Assembly: GCA_012862495.1 (NCBI GenBank)
Contig: BLSG01000330.1
Location: forward strand, 80,588 to 124,732
Source of the DNA: Thraustochytrium aureum
Lineage: Eukaryota
Length of the DNA: 44,145 nucleotides
Reading direction: 5' to 3'
Part shown: positions 1-11,800 of the stretch, in pieces
Position numbering within the stretch: the first letter of the stretch is position 1
Layout: each line of letters opens with the position of its first letter
Made by a program: the position numbers and the translations under genes
Notes under the pieces: generated by a model
The model's database searches: none
What the model was told of the DNA's origin: nothing
Seen by the model: only the letters and a program-made list of their open reading frames with translations

Positions 1-144
1 CTCGTGTTGCTGTAGCTGCCCTTCTTGCTCCTGCTGTTGTTGCCGTCCTCACTGTCGTCGTCGGCGTCCTCGTTGCCGTCCTCACTGTCGTCGCCGTTGT
101 CGTCGTCGTCGTTGTCTTTGTTGCCGGTGCTGCTGCAGGCGGCG

Positions 145-1749
145 ATGGCTCTGGCGCGCTCCGGCGGTTCGCGATGGCTGCTACTGCAGCTGCTGCTGCG
201 CGCTGTCGTTGCCGCGTCCGCGACGGAGGCCTTGGCGGCGGAGCGCGAAGCCGGCGGAGCTGACCGGGTCGACGCGGCGGTTTTGAGCAAGGTCGCGTTC
301 GGGTCGTGCAGCAAGCAGTGGGAGGACCAGGCGGTCTGGCTCCGCGTGGCCGAGGCGGCGCCAGACGCATTTGTTCTCGCGGGCGACGCTTACTATACGG
401 GGAGTAAGCAGTTTGCTCAGGGCGAGGAGAGCTGGGACCCGCTTAGTATCGAGGCGCTGCAGCACGCAGCACGCACGGCGCTCGCGTCGCGCGAGTTCCA
501 AACGATGCTCGCAGGGCTAAAGGTGCCGCTGATGGGGACGTACGACGACCACGACCGCGGCGTGAACGACGGCGGCGGCATCTCGGGCGGCTTTGCGAAC
601 GCCGGTGTGAGCGACCGCGACGTCCGGAAGAACGTCTACCTTGACTTCCTCGGAGCTTCGGAAGACGACCCGCGGCGGGCGCGCCAAGGCGTGTACGGGA
701 GCCACCTGCTGGGAACGAGCCCTCATCTCGTCAAGGTCATTCTGCTCGACACCCGGTACTCGCGCGCGCCGTACGTCATTCCCTCCGTCGGCACGGTCAA
801 GGGACTGAGTCCCTTGGCTGCCCTATCGCGGCTTTTCACGGCGGTCACAGGGCTCGTCAGTCTGCAGACCGGCCCCTTCCTGGGCGAGGAGCAGTGGGCC
901 TGGCTTGCCGGCCAACTCGCCCACTCTGCTGAGCACGGGGTGGCGATCAATATTCTCGTCTCATCCGTGCAAGTTTTCACCTCCAACCCGCTCGTCGAGA
1001 GCTGGGGCCACTTTCCCCGCGAGCGGGAGCGCTTGCTGTCGCTCTTGCGCAAGCACGACCCCAGTGGGCTGGTGATAATTTCGGGCGATGTCCACGTCGG
1101 CGAGGCAATACAACTCGGCCCGGGCCTCGAGCCAGTCGAGTTCACCTCAAGCGGGATCACGCACGACTGCTCGGACGGCTTTATCCCCAAGACACTGTGC
1201 AGGCTCGCATGGGGCGCTTTCGGCGCCCATCAGGCAACTGGCGGGCNNNNNNNNNNNNNNNNNNNNNNNNNNNNNNNNNNNNNNNNNNNNNNNNNNNNNN
1301 NNNNNNNNNNNNNNNNNNNNNNNNNNNNNNNNNNNNNNNNNNNNNNNNNNNNNNNNNNNNNNNNNNNNNNNNNNNNNNNNNNNNNNNNNNNNNNNNNNNG
1401 GCGGGCTCGCATTCCTGCCAGAGCGAAATTTTGGTGTGCTGGAGGTGGACTGGGACGAGCGAGCTGAGCCTGGGTCCTCGTCTTGCCCGTTTCGCTCAGT
1501 GAATGTTTCTGTGCGCGACGCCCGTGGCCACCCAGCGATAAGCTTTTCTCGTACAACGTGCCGATCGGTCGGCGTGGTGCTCCCGCCGAGTGGCGACCTG
1601 TTCGAGATGCAGTGGGCGTTCCGCACATCGGGCGAAGGGCGTTCTGGACGCTTTCGCTGCTGATAGCGGCGATTGCCGCCGTTTCAGGGCTCGGGATGCT
1701 GCTTCGCAAGTGTCTGGCTGGTCGCGGGGCGCGCCTCAAGCTCGAGTGA
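145..1749 (+). CDS. phoD: Alkaline phosphatase D (PhoD) family metallophosphatase with signal peptide and C-terminal TM anchor; spans gap 1247-1399 and a probable frameshift at ~1614
   Basis: ATG at 145. PhoD motifs: VAFGSCS, LAGDAYY, GTYDDHDRGVNDG, ILLDTRY, LGEEQWAWL, ESWGHFPRERERL, ISGDVHVGE, EFTSSGITH, then NFGVLEVDW after the gap. The hydrophobic tail AFWTLSLLIAAIAAVSGLGMLL lies in the next frame and joins if the GGG at 1614-1616 has one more G. Confidence 0.9.
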
Positions 1750-2217
1750 GGAGGCGCCGTTGAGGCGGCCAAGCGCAAGTCGGGCCTTCCCCCGAATGTG
1801 GCAGCGTTGGGCCTTGTTTAAGGTCCCAGCTAGTAGAGAGCTAGCGGGCCTCCGCTTCGGCTTGCGTTGTGCCGCGCGCCGGGCTCCTCTGCGTTTTTGA
1901 TCCCGAGCCAGTTTGGGAGGGCGTTCGCCACCTGGTATGATGCCCACCCGCGAAGAGAGTCCCGCACATTTGCCGGCCAACAAGTGGTGGCCCAGGCGGC
2001 GGGGCGGTGGCGGGCACGCGCGAGCGTGTGCATCGATCCTCTGTCGCTGGCAGAGCTGGCTTGCACCTGGGGCCAGTTGGTCGAGCAGCAGGCTCTGAGT
2101 GGCTTGGTTTGCTGATCGGTTCGGACTCTTTGTCCTGGCCACTACGAGTTAGTGGGCTCACGTTGGCGACCAAGCCCGAGGTGCGAGTCGAGCTGGCGGC
2201 CTGCATGTCCACGGGCC

Positions 2218-2271
2218 CGCGCTTTGGCCCTCGCGCTTGGCCCTCGCGCTTGGCCCTCGCGCTTTGGCCCT
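2218..2271. repeat. Four tandem copies of a 13-14 bp unit CGCGCTT(T)GGCCCT
   Basis: Units visible at 2218, 2232, 2245 and 2258 in the intergenic region between convergent genes. Confidence 0.85.
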
Positions 2272-2578
2272 CCGGCTCGCGCTTCAAGTTCGGCCGATTC
2301 TGAGGAGAAGGAGCCGTCCAGCGTCGACGGGTTGGCACCACCGGCTAAGTGCGCTTTGCGTTTGGTTTATTTGCTATTTTGTTAGGTTCACATACATGTG
2401 CAGAGGTTTCTGCTTTGGCCTCGCCTCCAGGCAGCCGCCAGGCTCGCCGGCCACTCGTGCTCAAAGGGGCACATCTACTTGGCCTTCGAGTCGCGCGCCG
2501 ACCCTCCACGGCGTTCAAGCTTTCGGGCTGGGGCCTTGCTCGCCTCCGCAGGCCACCCACCTCGCATTTCGCTCTTGA

Positions 2579-4553
2579 TCAAGCAACGAAACGCGGGAGC
2601 CCGATAATATGCGGGTACAAAGCACTGACGTCCTGCGTGCGGCACTCGATGACGGTGCCCTTGAGCGGGTCGTGAAACAGCCGGTTGGCGACGCGGAGTA
2701 CCTTGACCTTGCCGTTCTTGAGCGTGTAGGCGCTCTGCGAAATGCGCCACTCGCGCGAAAAGTACTCCTCATAGGTCGTGCTGGCGGCGGAGACCTTTTG
2801 CCACCAGATGTTGGTGGCGCAAAGGCGCTGCAGAGGTGACAAAAGCGAGGGAAAGAGGCCGACCTTGCCAATCGGATCCTCCTCGACGATGCGCTTGAAA
2901 GTGCGGTCGGCGCTGATGCACAAGCCGCCCCTGCTGAAAATCTCGTCGTCCACGGTGGCTCTGAAGACGCCAATTGGACACTCAGAGTCAGGCATCATGC
3001 GGTCCGGGCAAATAAAGGCCTCGTCCAGTCGGGGGTCTGCGTGTTGCGTATAGTAGTCGAGGATCTCGCAAAACTCTGCGCTGCCAAGGAGGCTGCCGTA
3101 CATCTCGGTCCACTTGGCAAAGGCCGCGGGACCTAGCACTTGCCCGTAGCGCTCGTAAATGCCCTCGACGATCCTGCGCACCGCCGCGTTTGGCGTTGCG
3201 GCCCTCGTCCCGGAGACCTCGACCGCATTTCTTGGGTCCCGCGACGACTCGACGGCAGAGAGCTGGACAGCCTGGACCTCGTGGGCGTCCAGATCAAACA
3301 CCTCGACGCCGGGCTCGACGAGGTGGCCGTTGTGGTGTTGCTGGTCGGGCGCTTGTCTCGGGCTCGAGTCTCGGCTTAGGCTGTCCAAGCTGGCAAAGCT
3401 AGACGAGGCGGCGAGCCCGCTGTTGGTGATAGTTGGGCGCTTGTGGTTCGTTCCTGGCCAAAGCTGCAAAAGCTGCACGTTGCATGGCGAGGGCACGGGA
3501 TCGGCCTCCTCACCGCGAACAAGCTCGTAGCAGCAGCCAGAAAACAGGAGCGGCTCTCGCGACTTGCGCTCCTTCATGGCGAGCTCCCGGAAGCGCAGCC
3601 CGACCCCGCTGCCGTCTGGGAACCAGTGCGTTTTTTTGGTCGAGCGGAGACGCACCGCCTTCGAGTTGTCGGTTGCCTCGGAGGGCGTGTGCGAAGCCTC
3701 CGAGCGCTTTGGCACAACGTAAAACGCACGCGGGCCCATGGCGGGGTCCAGCACTGGGCTGACCCCATACCTCCTGGGAATGGCGTTGTCATAGATGCCG
3801 CTCTCCACGTTGAGGAGCAGGTCGCGCACCTGCTCGAAGGTCACTGCGCCAGCTGGTGCGGGGTCGACCCGCATGGGCTTTCTCGATGAGCCTGCCGAGC
3901 CTGCCGATGCCTCGTCGCCGGGTGCAAGGCCAGGAGGTGGCGAGGTCGCTAGCCCTCTCGCCACGTCTGCCGTGTCGTGCAGGACTCGCATCATCTTTGG
4001 GGCTTCCGGGGTCTTGCAGGGGGAAATGCTCAATCTCGCGTTTGAGGCTGTGAGAACCGCTTGAGGGGCGGCTGGACGGCGTTGGTTCTGGTTCGGCGTC
4101 GCACGTCTCGTCAAGCAGCGAGACCACCTCGCGCCAGTTGAGGCCTTGCATCGTGTCTGCCTGGGGCCAAGCGTCGTCGCCGGATCCCAAGCAGCTGAAC
4201 CGCGTCGGTTCGTTGTCTTCGAACTCGTAGCCTCCTGGGCTTCTCTCAACTTTGACCTTGAAGCTTCGCGGGCCGTCGCTGTGCATCCTAATTGTCCTTT
4301 TGCCGGCCTGAGCGTTTGCGCGGCCTGTTGCGGGCTTTGTCGGCTTGGCGTCGGCCAGGGGTTTCGGGTTTGCTGGGCCCGGTGAGATTGGCTCGTTTCG
4401 GTGCACCTTGCCTCGCACGAATGTGGGCTTTGTTTGCATGTACCACTTGCTCTTGTCTTGATCAAGAGAAAACTTGAAAAATTGCTGCCTTGACGCATGA
4501 GCTTGTATGAACGAGCGATCCGATTGCCAGCGGCAGCCTGGAAGCGCTGCCAT
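2579..4553 (-). CDS. Uncharacterised protein with C-terminal PAS/PAC-like domain; probable frameshift at ~3997 (alternative start ATG 3994)
   Basis: Frame from ATG 4553 (..HFPLQDPGSPK) joins frame MMRVLHD..RFVA* if one base is removed from the CCCC/AAA run. The C-terminus PIGVFRAT..GLCISADRTFKRIVEEDPIGK..EWRI..KNGKVKVLRVANRLFHDPLKGTVIECRTQDVS follows the PAS+PAC pattern. Confidence 0.7.
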
Positions 4554-4666
4554 CTCACGGCGGTGGTCGAGCGACCTGCGCTAGCCCTCACAGTGAGCAA
4601 GCCCGCAGAGCTGCCGTTCGGGAGCTCCGCCGCCGCAAGTCGCGTCCTGGCAGTGTGAGAGGCAGG

Positions 4667-4749
4667 CTGGAAGACGCAAACGAAAGTCAAACCAAAATCA
4701 CAAACCAAAGACAAAGACAGAAACAAACCAACAAACAAACCAAGCGCAC
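4667..4749 (-). other. Putative 83-nt spliceosomal intron in the 5' UTR of the PAS-like gene
   Basis: Minus strand reads GTGCGC donor, (GTTT)n T-rich body, TTGAC branch-like motif, pyrimidine tract and CAG acceptor. Confidence 0.4.
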
Positions 4750-4841
4750 TCGCCACGCGGGAGCGCGCAGGGTCGCGTTGCAGCCTGCACGCACGGGCAG
4801 GGCTCCCACCAGCCAAGGAGGATCCATCGCCCACCACTGGC

Positions 4842-4923
4842 ATCCTTCCTTCCTTCCTTCCTGCCTGCCTTCCTTGCCGCCATCCATACGCTCACAACCG
4901 CGGGGCTCCTGCAGGTTTTCACC

Positions 4924-4955
<32 letters not shown>

Positions 4956-5312
4956 CGATCCATCAGGTGGCTCTTGCTCGAGATTTTTCGAACCCGACTC
5001 GCGAGCGACCGAGGCCCGGCCACGCGCTGTGCAGCCCAAGCGGCGGGTGCCCGCCTCCCGCGCGTTGACTTCGGCCTGCACGTCGAGCAGAAGACAGGCT
5101 TGATCAGCCGGTGCCCTTCGCTCGTCCATGTCAGCTCACTCGGAGGGAGGGAGGGAAGGAGGGGAGGGATGCAAGAATTGTGCTGAAGTGGCGCGGCGCC
5201 GTCGCCAGGCCTTTCCCGGCGCAGGCCCGATGCAGCGTCGCCAGCCAGCAGGCACGCAGGGCAGGCACGCAGGCAGGCATGCCACGCCGCAAGCAAGCAA
5301 GCCAGCCAGCCA
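4842..5312. repeat. Cluster of tetranucleotide microsatellites: (CCTT/CCTG)n 4842-4875, (CAGA)8 4923-4954, (GGAG)n 5143-5168, (GCAG/GCAA/GCCA)n 5240-5312
   Basis: Directly visible simple repeats. Confidence 0.9.
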
Positions 5313-5808
5313 GAGCGAGTGGGCCAGCCTGCAGCCTGCGAATGGCGCCGAGGCCCTCTCTCGGAGCCGAGTTAGCCAGCGCTTGGGACCAGCGAGCTGC
5401 TCGTTGCCGAGTTGTTGGGGCCCCGGCGAACAGAACGAGTGCGAGGGAACTGGGTGCTGTGGCACGCACCGCCGTCGGAAGAGACAGTGCGACAGGGCGC
5501 ACGCGTGCCGCTCGCACGCGCAATCAGCTCCCCCGCACTGCTCGCTGCCTGCAATTGCTGCCTGCGATTGCTGCAAGGGCCGAGGCAGGCCAAGGAGGCG
5601 GCGGATGCGATGGCCGACGGGGAATGCACTGGTCTCAGAGCGCACACTGTATGGCGAGTGCGCTTTGGTTGTTGCATTTGCATGGACGTTCGTTCGTGGG
5701 ATGGGCACTGACTGACTCGCATCGGAGGGAGGCTCTGGCTGGAAGCCAAACGCTTCCCGCCCGCGCTCCCGCCCGCGCATGGCCTGCAAGGAGAACGGAC
5801 GATCGATG

Positions 5809-5830
5809 GTGATGATGATGATGATGATGA
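5809..5830. repeat. (GAT)n trinucleotide microsatellite
   Basis: About 7 consecutive GAT units. Confidence 0.85.
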
Positions 5831-7120
5831 CCTGTTCGTCAAGGAGAAGAATCCTCGTCCGGCGCGTCAAGAGGAGGCTTTGTTCTCGTTCAACTCCGAG
5901 GTGCCGGCTTCAGCTTGGCCAGGGTCTTCAAGTTGCTTGCCCTTGTTCAACTTTTTTAAGGCTTCCTCTAGGGCGAGCTGCTGCCCAAAATGGACGCGCG
6001 CCCCATGATGGGCCAGCGGGTCAGGCCAGTGGGTGCGGCGATGCACTCCAGCGCAATCAAGATGTGGGACGGCTGGACCCCATTCCGAGACGCACGGGCC
6101 AATGAGCGATCGGACCTGTTGATTTTGCACGACGGACGCGCAGTGAAAGAGACTTTCAATCAACACTGGCAGACTGGCAGTGGCTTTCAGGAGCTCCTCT
6201 GCTGCTCGTACGCGGCGCCGCCACCTGCCTTCGCTGTTCTTGCAAGACGAAAGATGAAGACAGAAATTGAAGCGGTCGCAGTGCTCCTTAGTTTTGCAAA
6301 GGTCAACGGCACCAGCGAATCCGCGAGCAGAGCATCCGTCCCTCCCTCCACCTGCTCGCACGTGCCACACCGGTAAGTAAGAGTATTGTACCTCAAATGT
6401 CCCAAGAGAATTGGAATGACAAGAAACTGACCAAAAAGCGCGAGCAACTTCCACCCATCGGCGGCTCACGACGCTTCACGAGCGGCCACAGCTCGGGGTC
6501 GTTCTTGGCCAAACACTACTCACAGACAGAACGCGTGCCCTCGCAGCAGCGAAGAGGCCAAAGGCGCCCTGCTCGCGTACTGCTCGCTCGTTCTACAAGC
6601 GTCGAGCGCGACCAGCCCTGTGTCCGCTCCAACGGCGCGGATTCAACTTGGTCCCGTTCCCGAGTGACGCGCGATGCACGACCCGGGACTTGCGACTGGC
6701 ACCGCCAGTTCGAGTCGAGACTCGAGAGCACTGAACGCGCNNNNNNNNNNNNNNNNNNNNNNNNNNNNNNNNNNNNNNNNNNNNNNNNNNNNNNNNNNNN
6801 NNNNNNNNNNNNNNNNNNNNNNNNNNNNNNNNNNNNNNNNNNNNNNNNNNNNNNNNNNNNNNNNNNNNNNNNNNNNNNNNNNNNNNNNNNNNNNNNNNNN
6901 NNNNNNNNNNNNNNNNNNNNNNNNNNNNNNNNNNNNNNNNNNNNCCCGTGTTCATGATCTTCGAGTTCATCGAGGCTCTCGCTGTTGCCTTTGCCGCCTT
7001 TTGTCGCCGCTGCTGCTGCCGCGAGACTCGCGCAGTCCGGCAAGGCTGCGCGCGCTCGCTGGCTCGCTCGCTCGAGTGCGTCTCTAGAGCTAGAGTAGAG
7101 AGGGTCGCGGTGCTGCAAGG

Positions 7121-8776
7121 ATGATGGGTCGACCTGGAGCTTGCACCAGAGTGGCGGCGGCGGCGCTCGTGGTGGCGCTCGTGCAAGGCGGCCGCGTCGT
7201 GCAGGTCGAGGTGGAGGTCGGGCCCCCCAGCGGAGCGCAAGCCGTCGACCTCGGCCAAGGTGTCGACCGCGGCACGTACGTGTGCGTTTGCATGGACTGG
7301 TGGCCAAGTAACAAGTGCAACTACGGCGTTTGTCCGTGGAACGCCTCGTCGATCATCACCGTCGACCTCGGCTCGCAAGGGCTGCGAAACGCGCTGCGGG
7401 CTCTCGACGGACCGGACCACGAAGGCGTCACCCTCCGCATCGGCGGCTCCCAAGCTGATTCAGTCGTGTTCGAGGACGGATCCACCCCGTGCTTGCCGTT
7501 CCACCCGGGGCCGGAAACGAACAGCAGCTCTTTTACAAACGGATGCCTCACGCAGCACAAGTGGGACGAAGTGCACGCCCTCGCCAAAGACACAAGGACG
7601 CGTATCGTGTTCGGGCTCAATGGCATGTATGGCCGCGGCGGGGACATTTCGCGCCACTGGGACCCCTCCAACGCTCGCGCCTTCATCGAGTACATCGCGC
7701 GCAAAGGTCAGCAGGACATCATTCAAGCGTTTGAGCTCGGTAACGAACTCGACCNGAAAAAAGTCGAGCCCGACGTACTCGCCAAGGGCTTCCAAGAAGT
7801 CCACCGAGTCATTCAGAGCGTGCTTGGCGGCCAGGAAGGCCGCAGCGCCCCTGCCCTGATGGGACCCGATATGTCGAGCTGGTCCGCCTCGTTTCACGAG
7901 GCCTTCTTGCCGCAGGTTGCAGACATCCTCTCCGTTGTCACGTATCATGCCTACCCTCTTGGCCCAGGCTACGGGCACCCGACGATGGACGCCGATATCA
8001 TGCGGCCGGACAACGACCGCTCCTTCCTCGACAATGCCGCCAAAGTCTCTGCCTTGGTACGCCGCGTTCTGCCAAGCGCTCAGCTATGGATTGGTGAAAG
8101 CGGCGGGGCGTACAACTCGGGCCACAACGGCACATCCAACCGATTCATCTACGCCTTCTGGTATTTGGACGCCATGGCAGGCCTCGCGGAGCGTGGCCAC
8201 AGCGCATTTTGTCGCCAGACCCTGGTTGGCGGCAACTACGAACTCATCGACAAACACACCCACTTGCCGAATCCAGACATGTTTGCTGCCTTGCTATTCA
8301 AGCGACTCGTCGGCCGCCACGTTCTTTCCGCTAAAGCCGCGTCCGCGTCGCACGGAAATGGCGCCCCCACTGGCCCTGACGCGCCCGTCAAGGCCTTTGC
8401 CTACTGCAACCAAGCCAAGGGCTTCCTCTCGGTTTTGGTCCTCAACTACAATTCCACGGAAACGGTTGAGTTTGTCTTTCGAGCGGGATCGGCAAAGCTC
8501 CCTCAGAGCGCATTGGTTCCCCGCAAGGAGTACGTCGTCGAGCCAGCAAACGCCGATCTGCATGCCAGGTCCATTCTTCTGAATGGCGAGTGGCTCGACC
8601 CCGCTTCTCCTGACGTCTACAACCGGCTCGTCCCGCGCGCTGTGTCTCGCGCCGGCCCGCTTCTCGTGCCACCGTACGCCTATGCCTTTTTCGTGTTCTC
8701 GCAAGAGTCGCAGGCATGGCAGGCGGTTTGCGGCGCGCACCTCGGCGGGATAGCCACAATGTCGCAGGTCCAATAG
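7121..8776 (+). CDS. Glycoside hydrolase family 79, heparanase-like/beta-glucuronidase, secreted
   Basis: Signal peptide; DWWPSNKCNYGVCPW, LRIGGSQAD, FELGNEL (acid/base Glu), WIGESGGAYNSG (nucleophile Glu), FWYLDAM, RQTLVGGNY, PNPD motifs typical of plant-type GH79 heparanase-like proteins. Confidence 0.93.
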   Translation: MMGRPGACTRVAAAALVVALVQGGRVVQVEVEVGPPSGAQAVDLGQGVDRGTYVCVCMDWWPSNKCNYGVCPWNASSIITVDLGSQGLRNALRALDGPDHEGVTLRIGGSQADSVVFEDGSTPCLPFHPGPETNSSSFTNGCLTQHKWDEVHALAKDTRTRIVFGLNGMYGRGGDISRHWDPSNARAFIEYIARKGQQDIIQAFELGNELDXKKVEPDVLAKGFQEVHRVIQSVLGGQEGRSAPALMGPDMSSWSASFHEAFLPQVADILSVVTYHAYPLGPGYGHPTMDADIMRPDNDRSFLDNAAKVSALVRRVLPSAQLWIGESGGAYNSGHNGTSNRFIYAFWYLDAMAGLAERGHSAFCRQTLVGGNYELIDKHTHLPNPDMFAALLFKRLVGRHVLSAKAASASHGNGAPTGPDAPVKAFAYCNQAKGFLSVLVLNYNSTETVEFVFRAGSAKLPQSALVPRKEYVVEPANADLHARSILLNGEWLDPASPDVYNRLVPRAVSRAGPLLVPPYAYAFFVFSQESQAWQAVCGAHLGGIATMSQVQ

Positions 8777-8888
8777 CAATAGTCCGCCCCAGGACTCGCT
8801 AAGACCGCCTGCTGCCTGCCTGCCTGCCTGCCGACGTCTCGTCAGATGTGGACACATTGGCATTTCACGTTCATTTTTTCCTACCAAC

Positions 8889-11800
8889 TCAACACAGCTT
8901 GCGCTTCACTTTATTGTAAAGAGCTGTCAGGGCCACGTCCGCCGGGTCCAGTCGCAGCGCGCGCTCCACCATCGCCGTCGCGCCACTGGCATCTCCGGAA
9001 GCGAAAGCAAGCATGAGGCCGAGGTTGAGAAACACGGCTGGGTTGCGTTGCCTCGGGGCATTCACCATGGCTTCTAAAACCTTGCGAAACCTGTGACCAG
9101 GCGAGTCCCAAAACTGCCGCGCACCCGCCCTGAAAGCTTGTTTGCACTGGGCAACCTGCTCAGGTGAGACGCACCCGGTTGCCGATAGCTCCTCATCAGC
9201 GAGAAACAACAGGGCGAGGCAACACCGAATATCGCGCTTTGCGGCCTTCGTCGCGGCGAGCTCAAGAGCGCAAAGGTAGGCGCTCGCGGCGCGAGTTGGG
9301 CACAGCAGCCTCGCATGAAGCCCCCAAGCCAGGCGCAAGTGAGCTTGCGCGCAAAGCTGGCGCCGGCCCGCTCGCTGGCGGCACTCCGCCTTGCGCAGCT
9401 CAAAGCGGGACACCGCCAAGGCCAAGTCGTCCAACTCGCCACGCTTGCTGCGCCACGATCTCCAGCAGCGCTGGAGCCGGCGCGCGGCGCTTCCCGCTAC
9501 CAGCTTGGCCACTACAGCTTCCTTCCAATTTGCAGCCACAAACTCGCCTACCTGGGCGTCTTGGCTGCGCGAGGCCCTCCCGGCTCGATGCTCGAGCAGC
9601 TCCTGCGCCCTGGCCGCGAGCTCAAACGAGGAAAGAAAGTCCCCGAATACGACGCGCGCAACCACGGAAAGCTGCGCCGCGGCAATTGCGCTATTGCAAA
9701 ACACGCGCGCAGCACGAGCAAAGTACATCTCGCACGAGCCTCGGAAAAAGCTCGCGACATGCGCGTCCACGCCAAACCCAACTGCGGCGCCAGCTTCGGC
9801 AGAGTCGCCCTCGCACAAGCTTTCACCGCCGACATGCCGCAACAGCGCGGCTTCGGCTCGCACCACGGCCTGCCCGGCACGAAGCTCGACGTCGAAGGGG
9901 TCCGCTGCAAGACCTTGCTCGTATTCTGCTGCCAGGAACCGCAGTTTGCCCGCAAGCCCCGCGCGATCCGTCTGGGCCAGGTCTTCTCGCGCGGGCACAC
10001 ACAGCCCAAATGCGTGGGCCCCAAGCACCCCGTTTTGCGAGAGATACCTCAAGTGGGCCATGGCCCGCCCGACATCTCTGGTCCCGAAGCAGGCCTCGCA
10101 GCGTGCAAGCGCCTCGCGCCTCGCAGCAAATCCGCGCCAGGCGGCTTGCATTAGCGTACACGCTCGCTCACAACGGAAGGCTAGCGCGAGAGCAGCCGCG
10201 CGACGGCCAAGCAACACATGGATGCGCCAAGCCCGAGCGATGCGCGTGGCACTTTGGGACGCAAACTCCAACCGGGCGGCCTCCCGGCCCCTCGTACCAC
10301 GTATCACCCGCTGGATGTGCGTTGCAGCGACGTTCTCGCGCGCTCTTGCTAGTCGCGATGCGGTGCGTAGGACCAGACGCCGCCGTTGCTTGTGCGTTCG
10401 AAAGGGACCTGACACACTAGGCGGCTCGGAGAGGCGGATTCGCGGCGCCAGGAGTTCGCGGGAGCCCGCTCTGCTCACCTCGCCCATTTTGCAAAGCCGA
10501 ACGTCATCGAGCCCGACCACGTACGACTTATTTCCTGCCGGCTTCGCGGCAAACTGCAACGACCCCTTCGGCTTGCGTTCGCTCAGCGGCGCGACAGTAA
10601 AGCGGAGGCCGTGTCGCTCGACGACCTCGCCAACGCGGTACCATCTAGCGAGACGTTCGCCTTCGTCTTTAGATGCGACTGCAAACCCGCGCCGCAACTC
10701 GTCTTCGCGCGTCGCTTTCCAAACCGGGTCGAGCGAGACGACGGCGTCGCCGACGCAAGGGATCTCTAGGTCTTCCACGTCGAGCATTCCAACAAGCGTT
10801 GACACGAGCGGCCGGCAAGCCCTTCGCCAGCCAGGGCGAGCGCGCGCGGCCAAGAGAGCTTGGTCGTCGGCAAACAGCCGCTCCACTTCGGCGCGCGAAA
10901 CCCGAAGGGCGTACTCCTCCCCAATCGCTGCGTCCGTAGCAACGAGAAGAACGTCCCCTGAGAACGAGCTCGAGCTTGGGTCCGCGCTAAAGGCAACTAC
11001 CCCCAAAAACGCTTTCCCAGTCGGGGCGAGATGAGTCAGCTTGGGAAACGGCTCCTGCTTGAATGAAAACACGAGCGCGTCCTTGCTCGGCGATAAGCGA
11101 AGCATCTCGCAGAGCAACTCTGAGAGGCGTGCGCGATTGCAAGGCTGAGCGAGCTCTGGCTGGTCAAGCCTACCAATAAGCTCGCGCGTCTCTATCTCGG
11201 TGATCACGAGCTCGATTTTCACGGGAAGCGGCGCGACCTGCTTTTGGCTTGCTAGCCCTGGAGCTGAGGTTCGACGAAGACTTGCGCGGCGCGAGCTGGT
11301 GGACCGCCTGCGCACGGCAGCCTGGGCCGTACTCGAGGCCTGCAGCCCAACATCGTCGTCCCCAGTCCCGCTGTCCTCGAGCGCCGAGGGGACAGAAGCC
11401 TCCTCCGCGAGAGATGAATTGTACACAAATACCACGCGAAAGTTGAGACCCCTGCGCCACATGGACAGGGTGCCGCGCGTTCCGCCCAAATCCATGGCTC
11501 GATTCTCGAAAAGGGGGACCGAACAACAGGCCGTTGGCGATCTCGCGATCGTACCTGTTCAGGAAACGCTCTGCAATCTTGCGCATGGCCCGCACGCGTG
11601 GAGACTCGTTCTCAAACAGAGCCCCGTCAATATGCCGCAGAGCGAGCTGCATTTGCTCGACAATGTCGTCTTCACGAGTCGAGGCGTCGCAGAGAAGCCA
11701 GAGCATCGCACGTCGAACGACTGCCTCGATTCGTGCCTCTGCGTCGCCTCGAGCAAGGCTTATCACATGCTCAACGAGCCCAAAATCCCACAGCGTTGGG

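Noticed and set aside
25..144. Ser/Leu-rich N-terminal extension of PhoD, or an acidic minus-strand peptide, with a 33-bp-period duplicate
   Set aside because: Low-complexity (GTC)n-rich sequence without an ATG, truncated by the window edge.
3995..4843. N-terminal part of the 754-aa ORF 2579-4843 as real coding sequence
   Set aside because: It runs through a microsatellite and intron-like tract, and the overlapping frame from ATG 4553 looks more protein-like. Not fully excluded.
5779..6469. Short ORFs on both strands (5990-6376 +, 5867-6469 -) and a GTAAGT donor-like site near 6373
   Set aside because: No recognisable domain and the strand cannot be decided. A small gene may exist but is unsupported.
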